Below are positions 30,202 to 36,589 of a stretch of DNA of 64,000 nt, in pieces. Location: positions 124,001 to 188,000 of the IMG/VR virus record IMGVR_UViG_3300009703_004110; one strand, written 5' to 3'. The position numbers were made by a program, and so were the translations under genes. The notes beneath the pieces are model-generated. The model worked only from the letters and a program-made list of their open reading frames with translations, had not been told where the DNA came from and ran no database searches. Numbering within the stretch: position 1 is the first letter of the stretch; every line of letters starts with the position of its first letter.

Positions 30202-30570
30202 TTAGTTGGTTATATTCATCTTCGATATGCCTTTTGGATTCATAACGCCTATGCCAATTTTTTCAGTTACAGACCATGAAAGTCCCGTCCTTGGTAATAA
30301 AGCAGGAAAAGAATCAAAGTTATATACGCACCATTCCTTTAAAACATCTGGAAGATCATCAAATATCTCCTCCAGAGGGCATGGTGTTGATGTGGCAATA
30401 AGCTTTCCATTACGAATACTTTTCTGCTGTTTAATTTTATAACAATTAACTTTATAATCATATATTCCATAGTATACGAATTCAAATTCGCCATTAGAAA
30501 ATTTACCACTACTAACTTCTTTAAAGCCAGCAGCTTTCAATATTCTTTCAAATTCATTACAGTCTTCCAT
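30202..30570 (-). CDS. Array protein with shared motif (DLPDVLKEWCVYNFDSF) and C-terminal extension
   Basis: Variant of the shared motif; TAATG-coupled to the upstream gene. Confidence 0.65.
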   Translation of the reverse strand: MEDCNEFERILKAAGFKEVSSGKFSNGEFEFVYYGIYDYKVNCYKIKQQKSIRNGKLIATSTPCPLEEIFDDLPDVLKEWCVYNFDSFPALLPRTGLSWSVTEKIGIGVMNPKGISKMNITN

Positions 30571-30953
30571 TAGGCAAACCTCAATCTTTCGTATTCTGCT
30601 TTCTCTGTGGCATTAGCACGTTTTGCCTCAGCAGCATTAACAAGTCTTTTACGTTCTCTAGCAAGGTCCTGCATGTTAAATAATGTTGTATCTCTTATTT
30701 CATATACAGTTAATTGGTCATATGCGTGTTCGTTATAACTCTCAGGTAAGTGTCCGGCATATTTGCTATCCCAATACATTTCCTCATAATCGTCATCATT
30801 ATAGTCAAGATCGTTAACAAATAAAAGTTCTTTTTTAATTCTTGCAACAAGCTCCTCCATCGAATCAGCATATTCTGTCCAGGTTTTTACTCCGCAGCCA
30901 ATAGTGTAATCACATCCGCTGCCTTGCTCGGCTATAACTAAAAAGGTCTTCAT
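30570..30953 (-). CDS. Hypothetical protein in the array, no shared motif
   Basis: 127 aa; contains EQGSGCDYTIGCG. Confidence 0.65.
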   Translation of the reverse strand: MKTFLVIAEQGSGCDYTIGCGVKTWTEYADSMEELVARIKKELLFVNDLDYNDDDYEEMYWDSKYAGHLPESYNEHAYDQLTVYEIRDTTLFNMQDLARERKRLVNAAEAKRANATEKAEYERLRFA

Positions 30954-31240
30954 AATCTTATCTCTCCTTTACTTGTAGATACAAACATATCTAGATTACA
31001 TAATACAAATATCGCCTGATCTCTTCCAAGTTCCATTAGAAAATCATCAAGCTCAGTCTCTCCTATATCCTTAGGGTCAAGTCTACGTCGTTTATAAACC
31101 AATAGTTTATACCCATCGCTTACCATTTTTGGAACAAATCGCCACTTAAACTTATCTTTTCCAAGCTCTCGAAACAGCTCATCTTTAAAGCCTTGGCATT
31201 CAAATAAGGTCATTAAATGGCTCCATATCATTATGGTCAA
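30950..31240 (-). CDS. Array protein with shared motif (ELGRDQAIFVLCNLDMF)
   Basis: Motif near the C-terminus; start uncertain. Confidence 0.6.
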   Translation of the reverse strand: MTIMIWSHLMTLFECQGFKDELFRELGKDKFKWRFVPKMVSDGYKLLVYKRRRLDPKDIGETELDDFLMELGRDQAIFVLCNLDMFVSTSKGEIRL

Positions 31241-31448
31241 ACATATCTAAATTATTAATCAAAATATCTTTAATCGAAACTGATAAATAATCATCATTTA
31301 ACATAGCTTCCAATAACATCTTGGTACTATTTGGGCTAGACCAGCATATTATTTGAACCTTGCTACCTATTTGCCCCATAAACATTTTTCGTCTAGCCAG
31401 GTAATCGTCTAATCCAAGCTTATTCATTTCTGATATTATTTTCATCAA
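31200..31448 (-). CDS. Array protein with shared motif (YLSVSIKDILINNLDMF)
   Basis: Motif near the C-terminus. Confidence 0.6.
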   Translation of the reverse strand: MMKIISEMNKLGLDDYLARRKMFMGQIGSKVQIICWSSPNSTKMLLEAMLNDDYLSVSIKDILINNLDMFDHNDMEPFNDLI

Positions 31449-31816
31449 AATAACTCCGCATTATAAATAATAAAGTCTTGCAACTCTATGGGTAAATCAT
31501 CAATAATCTGGTCAGTGCTTTGATAAATATAGTTACTATCTTTTGGATTCCATCTTGAAAATACGATTGTTTCATCTCTGTGCATAGAGACGCGCAACTC
31601 TTTTTTAAGCTCTGAGTCAGATACATCCAAACGAAAATCTTCAAAGTACTGAAGAGATTTAAAACCGCTTGATATAACTAAGGACCTAAATCTTGCAAAT
31701 TTATCAAACGGCAGTTTATAGCCATTAGAAATAATTAGATTAAGACTAACATAGTCGAGTCTAAAACCTAAGTCTATAGTGCACAAGGAATTATTTAATC
31801 CTCTAATTTTCTTCAT
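31445..31816 (-). CDS. Array protein with shared motif (DLPIELQDFIIYNAELF)
   Basis: Motif at the extreme C-terminus. Confidence 0.7.
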   Translation of the reverse strand: MKKIRGLNNSLCTIDLGFRLDYVSLNLIISNGYKLPFDKFARFRSLVISSGFKSLQYFEDFRLDVSDSELKKELRVSMHRDETIVFSRWNPKDSNYIYQSTDQIIDDLPIELQDFIIYNAELF

Positions 31817-32039
31817 AAATCTCGCGCTCTAATACATCGTTAATTAAAAGCTCAAGAGGACGCCTTATATACTCAGGCGGCTGTATTCTGGGCGATTGAT
31901 CGCTAGCCCGTATAAATTGGGTCTTACGCATAGAATCTAAACGACATTGCTTAGAGCAGTATGCTAGAGAGCACTCAGTCTTTTTTATATATATAAATGC
32001 TTTGCAGCAATGGGTACACATGGTTTTATGGGTTTTCAT
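31803..32039 (-). CDS. Small Zn-finger protein in the array, no shared motif
   Basis: CTHC...YCSKQC. Confidence 0.6.
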   Translation of the reverse strand: MKTHKTMCTHCCKAFIYIKKTECSLAYCSKQCRLDSMRKTQFIRASDQSPRIQPPEYIRRPLELLINDVLEREIYEEN

Positions 32040-32239
32040 ATAAACAGCTCCATATTGTGAATCATATAATTTTGAAACCTTTTTGGTATTCCAGGAAATT
32101 CCAGAATCTTTTCAGCAGAGATCGGATTAAATACATCCGAAATTAAAGACACAAAAATAATCTTTTTTTTGCCATCGACTCTCGCCATTGATATAAAATT
32201 TAGACTCAGCCATTCCGAAAATTCTTCTTCAATATTCAT
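32036..32239 (-). CDS. Array protein with shared motif (GIPKRFQNYMIHNMELFI)
   Basis: Motif at the C-terminus; ATGA overlaps on both sides. Confidence 0.7.
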   Translation of the reverse strand: MNIEEEFSEWLSLNFISMARVDGKKKIIFVSLISDVFNPISAEKILEFPGIPKRFQNYMIHNMELFI

Positions 32240-32532
32240 ATAAATAACCCTATATTATGAATGATGAGATCTTGAACATCAGGCGGAAACTCATTCATAT
32301 GTTCTGACACCTTTCTTAACTCATAATTAAGATAACCATCTATATTATTAGGATCTCTAATTTTATCTATTGATTCGTATACATATAATTTTTCCATACG
32401 AACAGAATAAACGATGCGCATTCTTAAGCCATCATTAAAAAATGCATGATTATGTCGATAGGTCTTTTGTACAAATCCTATCGAATTTAATATTCTTATT
32501 ATAGACGGAGGCACGGCATTTCCATAATTCAT
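32236..32532 (-). CDS. Array protein with shared motif (EFPPDVQDLIIHNIGLFI)
   Basis: Motif at the C-terminus; ATGA overlaps on both sides. Confidence 0.7.
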   Translation of the reverse strand: MNYGNAVPPSIIRILNSIGFVQKTYRHNHAFFNDGLRMRIVYSVRMEKLYVYESIDKIRDPNNIDGYLNYELRKVSEHMNEFPPDVQDLIIHNIGLFI

Positions 32533-32834
32533 ATAAATAACTCCGCATTATAAATCACAAACTCTTGGACCTCTTCTGGCAAAAAAGCAAATAGGTCTCC
32601 GACGCTTTTACCCGGATAAGATTTCACAAATCCGCTACAATCAAGCTTTCCAAATGTAAGCTTAACATGATCGCCGCGCTCACGGAAAGATATTCTAATC
32701 TCCTTTTTAAAGGTATAGTCGTATCTGCTTCCAGAACGTGAACTTATTTCAAATCCTGAGCACATCATGACGCTGTGAAATTCATAAGCGGGAATAGTGG
32801 CGAGAATGTATTCTCCCGGGTATCTTCCTTTCAT
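32529..32834 (-). CDS. Array protein with shared motif (FLPEEVQEFVIYNAELFI)
   Basis: Motif at the C-terminus; ATGA overlaps. Confidence 0.7.
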   Translation of the reverse strand: MKGRYPGEYILATIPAYEFHSVMMCSGFEISSRSGSRYDYTFKKEIRISFRERGDHVKLTFGKLDCSGFVKSYPGKSVGDLFAFLPEEVQEFVIYNAELFI

Positions 32835-33081
32835 ATAAGTAAATCCATATTATGAATCAAAGCATCCTTTACATATTGTGGGAAACGATTGCTTTCAAGG
32901 GCCTCTGATATATATCCCAAGTATAAACATATCTATATCCCGCCTCATCATCGCGACGCTCCTGTATATAGGTGCTTATAAAAAAATCGTCTACATCATT
33001 GCGACCACTATATATGACCATATTATTTTCTTTTAGATATTCACTTATTTCTGGTATATCGATATAATCTCTGACACTCAT
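32831..33081 (-). pseudogene. Frameshifted array gene; motif RFPQYVKDALIHNMDLLI lies in the shifted frame
   Basis: Removing one AT from (AT)4 at 32908-32915 gives ...WDISEALESNRFPQYVKDALIHNMDLLI*, whose stop overlaps the next ATG (ATGA). Confidence 0.7.
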
Positions 33082-33159
33082 AAATTCCGCCTGCCTATCT
33101 AGGCTTTTCTATACAGTACCTGCGCGAACGATGGTGTGCAAATCTAGGAATGGAAAGAT

Positions 33160-33414
33160 TTACACAAACAGTTCCAAATTATGGATAATATAATCCTGGA
33201 TGGTTAACTCAAGATCGTTTAGTTTATCACCTATATCATAAAGAATATACTCCATTCTATCATTGTTCCAGATCCCATAATACCATTTTTTATAAGGATG
33301 ATTGCTCCAGTAATCACATATAATTTTTTCATCGCCATAACAATAGCATCCCTTTTGTCTGGATACAAAACCGCGCTTCTCTAGAAGATCGAAGAATTCA
33401 TTATATTCAATCAT
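33160..33414 (-). CDS. Array protein with shared motif (DLELTIQDYIIHNLELFV)
   Basis: Motif at the C-terminus. Confidence 0.7.
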   Translation of the reverse strand: MIEYNEFFDLLEKRGFVSRQKGCYCYGDEKIICDYWSNHPYKKWYYGIWNNDRMEYILYDIGDKLNDLELTIQDYIIHNLELFV

Positions 33415-33650
33415 ACAAACAACTCCATATTATATATGATATAATCTTTAACTTCTATAGGAAATTGATTAGAATTTAATACATAAGTTATAGAATGCCA
33501 CTCAATATGTTTTCCAGGCCTTTTAATCCCAATAGAATATTTACCATCTTCATCTGCAAAGCTGCTAGTTGCCAAACTACAGTCATACTGTCCAATGAAA
33601 TGACTTATAATTGCATAATAATTATTTGTATTATCATCAGGTATTGACAT
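33411..33650 (-). CDS. Array protein with shared motif (QFPIEVKDYIIYNMELFV)
   Basis: Motif at the C-terminus. Confidence 0.7.
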   Translation of the reverse strand: MSIPDDNTNNYYAIISHFIGQYDCSLATSSFADEDGKYSIGIKRPGKHIEWHSITYVLNSNQFPIEVKDYIIYNMELFV

Positions 33651-33839
33651 TTATTGGCCCTTTATTCTAATAAATAGATCCAAGTTATAAATAATAAAGC
33701 TGCGCGCAGGATCCGGAAGGTCTTCGCATTCTAAGAGTGCTTCGGCAGACCACCAGACTTTCTCGCAATCATCACTCTAAGTAACGTACTCCCATAAGTC
33801 CATATATCCATACACTTCTGTTAACTTTGGTTTATTCAT
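33651..33839 (-). pseudogene. Array gene with in-frame TAG at codon 21 (motif DLPDPARSFIIYNLDLFI)
   Basis: Reads MNKPKLTEVYGYMDLWEYVT*SDDCEKVWWSAEALLECEDLPDPARSFIIYNLDLFIRIKGQ*. TAATG-coupled to the HNH gene. Confidence 0.65.
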
Positions 33840-34708
33840 TACCAGTTATCCTTATTGGCGAGCATTTTTTCTAAATGAGACTTGAGAAAGCAGGCATCGT
33901 GAGCCATCTTTACTCTATTACATACTTCACAACAAGATACTACATTGTCAAGGCTATAGCCTTTGCTAGAGTCAACTCTGTCCACCCCAAGAGTTTCTAT
34001 CTTGTCCCCGCAATAATTACAAGGCTTCTGCCAAAAAGTAGAAAACTGTTCGTCAGTTAGATTCCAAGCAAATCCTCTTTTCTTTGCATTAAACTTATAT
34101 TTAGATAGCTTACCTGCGAGAGTGGCGTTATGTATTTTAGCATAGGCACGCTCCTGCTTTCTGGCTTTTTCTAGATTTTCACTTCGCCACTTATTCTTTG
34201 CAACTCTTCTCTTTTCGCGATATACCTCATCATCTTTATATTTTTCCTTGTGCCATTTGGCCTTGCAGGGTTTGCAAACTACTCCAAATCCATCATCCCT
34301 TGACTTATCCTTATAAAAGTCATCAACTGATAACGTTAGCTTACAATGCGAGCATCGTTTTTCTATTTTATCTGAAAATATACCACTTGCTGCATTTTTC
34401 TTTCTCTTTTTAATACGACAAAGTTTGCACACATTCTCCCTACCATCCGCAAGAAGCTTTGATTTATTAAAGCTATCCATAGGTAATAATTCCGAACAAG
34501 CTTTGCAGGTCTTTTCTATTCTATCTATATCATATTTAATTCTTGGAACCGGCACTCTTTTGGCATTTTTTACTTTACTAGTACAGGTTCTGCACCTATT
34601 AGAATATCCATCTTTAGTTGCCTTATTTAAACTATATGCCTCATATGGCATAGGATCTTTACAGTAGTTACAAGTCTTCATCCCTCCTCCATACATATAT
34701 TTTACCAT
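33839..34708 (-). CDS. HNH-type homing endonuclease-like protein with three N-terminal CxxC Zn-finger repeats
   Basis: KTCNYC...CRTC, KTCKAC...CKLC, KRCSHC...CKPC, then PCNYCG...GVDRVDSSKGYSLDNVVSCCEVCNRVK. The start may be 34681. Confidence 0.75.
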   Translation of the reverse strand: MVKYMYGGGMKTCNYCKDPMPYEAYSLNKATKDGYSNRCRTCTSKVKNAKRVPVPRIKYDIDRIEKTCKACSELLPMDSFNKSKLLADGRENVCKLCRIKKRKKNAASGIFSDKIEKRCSHCKLTLSVDDFYKDKSRDDGFGVVCKPCKAKWHKEKYKDDEVYREKRRVAKNKWRSENLEKARKQERAYAKIHNATLAGKLSKYKFNAKKRGFAWNLTDEQFSTFWQKPCNYCGDKIETLGVDRVDSSKGYSLDNVVSCCEVCNRVKMAHDACFLKSHLEKMLANKDNW

Positions 34709-34727
34709 CGTGAAGCATCGAAATCAA
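34699..34727 (-). promoter_or_regulatory. Sigma70-like promoter for the HNH gene and the array
   Basis: TTGATT-N17-TAAAAT with an extended -10 TG, just downstream of the capsid-gene terminator. Confidence 0.55.
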
Positions 34728-34800
34728 AAAAATTTGGATTGGGTGTGAAAATTTTATTTCTTAGTGACGACCCACCCAAGCCAAAGCAGCATCAGAGGCG

Positions 34801-34834
34801 AAAAAAAATCCCTGTCTCCGAAGAGTCAGGGATT
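34801..34834 (-). terminator. Intrinsic terminator after the major capsid gene
   Basis: AUCCCUGACUC-UUCG-GAGACAGGGAU followed by a U-run; C(UUCG)G tetraloop. Confidence 0.85.
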
Positions 34835-34866
34835 AATTATACGGAATCCTCAATGAGGACTAGGGT

Positions 34867-35880
34867 TTAGTCAGTGACAAAGCCACTGCCGACACCTCGG
34901 GGGTTTACAATCCCAATTCCGATTATTTCGCTGACTACCCAGCCAAGCTTCAACTGCTTAGGCTCGTCAGCAGGCAGTACCTCGATGTCCTGACGGACAG
35001 GCATTACACCTACGAACTCTGGATCCGCTACTGCGAAGACCTGCTTGTTAGTAACAACCTTGGAGACGATGATATCAGCACCGAAGATTGAACCATAAAG
35101 TCCAGTCTGTAGTAGTTCACGCTGAGTCACAGGATCGACCTGAGACGCACCACCGGCACCAGCAGACTCCCAATTAAGGATGTCAGTGAATTCATTGATG
35201 TGCATGAAGTACTTAGCAGTCACGAGGTCCCAACGATCGACCTGACGCTTTAGGTTTAGAAGACCGACCTTAGCCAGTTCATCAGTGGTAGTACCGTTGT
35301 CCAATGTCTGCAACTGGTTCTCACCACCTGCGTTGTTGTCACCGGCGAAATCAAGAGCGGCGAATACGTTAGCATCCTCCTGCGCCTGGATTTCCTGACG
35401 GGCCTTTTGCTGAGCACGATCGATTACATTGAATCTACGCCTCTTGACTTCAGCAATACGGACGGTTGGGTTTGAAACTACTTCAAACTCTGGGATGGTT
35501 ACTCTGTCACCGAAGACACGGGACTCAGGCGCGGTACCATTGCTAGATATAACAACAGCTCCTACGTCGATATCACGGTCGTAGACAGGTAGAGCACCTT
35601 GTGGAAGTGGATCGACTACGAGAGCCTTTCTACCTACACCTTGGTAATCAAGGTTCCTACGAATAGGATTAGCCATAGCTTGACCGAGGGCAGTCTTACC
35701 TTCTTGAGTCATAAGAGCCTGCTTGATCATTTCGTCTCTCTGCTCTTCATTTAATGAAGAACCCTGAGATAGAGCTGAGCTAGAAGGTGCCAATTCTTCA
35801 ATGATGGAAGCGTATCTAACAATCTGCGCTAGAGCATCTTTTACGTTGCCGGCGTTTAATTCGCCTTGTGTATTAAACAT
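34867..35880 (-). CDS. Major capsid protein (HK97 fold, compact encapsulin-like type)
   Basis: PIRRNLDYQGVGRKALVVDPLP, FEVVSNPTVRIAEV, AQEDANVF, GLYGSIFGADIIVS, IGIGIVNPRGV. Follows scaffold and decoration genes and ends at a strong terminator. Confidence 0.85.
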   Translation of the reverse strand: MFNTQGELNAGNVKDALAQIVRYASIIEELAPSSSALSQGSSLNEEQRDEMIKQALMTQEGKTALGQAMANPIRRNLDYQGVGRKALVVDPLPQGALPVYDRDIDVGAVVISSNGTAPESRVFGDRVTIPEFEVVSNPTVRIAEVKRRRFNVIDRAQQKARQEIQAQEDANVFAALDFAGDNNAGGENQLQTLDNGTTTDELAKVGLLNLKRQVDRWDLVTAKYFMHINEFTDILNWESAGAGGASQVDPVTQRELLQTGLYGSIFGADIIVSKVVTNKQVFAVADPEFVGVMPVRQDIEVLPADEPKQLKLGWVVSEIIGIGIVNPRGVGSGFVTD

Positions 35881-35901
35881 AATTTAGTTACTCCTTTAAG
35901 A

Positions 35902-36564
35902 TTACATCTGTAGGCCAGCAAGGTAGAAGGCACCATACTGAGAAGCGGTAGAAGAAGCACCTGCCTGGGTATCAGTAGTAGATACTAGAGAGATGTCGTC
36001 AACGCGCCCAATATGTAGGCCAACGGCCTGCCCATTGCTGGTTGATGTGGTGGTTAGTTTTCCATCGTTAGTTGCATCTGCTGCGTCGCCATAAATTGCG
36101 TCATTCAAAGAAGCTGCAGTGTATTCAGATTCTGCGGTCCAAGCATCCTTAGTAACTCCGTAAAGTCCTGGCTTGGTCCATAGGGTTGCTTTACCTGATC
36201 CTACGATGGTGGAAGGGCCGACAACGACGACACCTGCGGTAGAAGAGTCACCGAATCCGGTTCCCTTACCTGTGGTGGCGCCAATTACGGTACCGAACAA
36301 AGTTCCATAGCTCTGAGAGCCATCACCCTGTACTGAAGTACCTTCATCGACTAGGCCGTGGAAAACTGCCACGGCAGAGACACTTCCAAGAATAAGATGA
36401 ATTTGCGGACCTGGGTCGCCAAAAACGTCAGCAGCATATAAATCTGTATTGACGGTTAGCGCCTGAAGTGTCGCAACCTCACCACCCTTGACTAAGGCTC
36501 TATTGTCGTCCTCAAGGTCGAACTGGCCTAATGGCTCAATTCCTGGTTGTAATGGTTTTAACAT
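35902..36564 (-). CDS. Capsid decoration/cement-like protein
   Basis: Directly upstream of the MCP gene. Shares GSGKATLW..PGLY and DGKLTT with 40595-41290. Confidence 0.55.
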   Translation of the reverse strand: MLKPLQPGIEPLGQFDLEDDNRALVKGGEVATLQALTVNTDLYAADVFGDPGPQIHLILGSVSAVAVFHGLVDEGTSVQGDGSQSYGTLFGTVIGATTGKGTGFGDSSTAGVVVVGPSTIVGSGKATLWTKPGLYGVTKDAWTAESEYTAASLNDAIYGDAADATNDGKLTTTSTSNGQAVGLHIGRVDDISLVSTTDTQAGASSTASQYGAFYLAGLQM

Positions 36565-36589
36565 TTATTATTACTCCTACATTAGACAA

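Noticed and set aside
31455-33435. TATAAT/CATAAT formed by the Y/H-N codons of the array motif, read as promoters
   Set aside because: Only 2 nt separate it from the GGAG RBS, so a transcript would lack the RBS. No consistent -35 box, and other copies use TAT AAC, TGT AAT or CAC AAT.
33777-33779. Genome-wide TAG recoding (genetic code 15)
   Set aside because: Long genes are intact in code 11, and TAG terminates genes at sensible positions (6238, 15103, 28596, 47397, 48490). I saw only one internal TAG.
30202-33839. Array as CRISPR, integron attC cassettes or DGR targets
   Set aside because: No fixed-length nucleotide repeats with spacers, no attC-like inverted repeats between genes, and no integrase or reverse transcriptase in the window. 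The similarity is mostly at the protein level.
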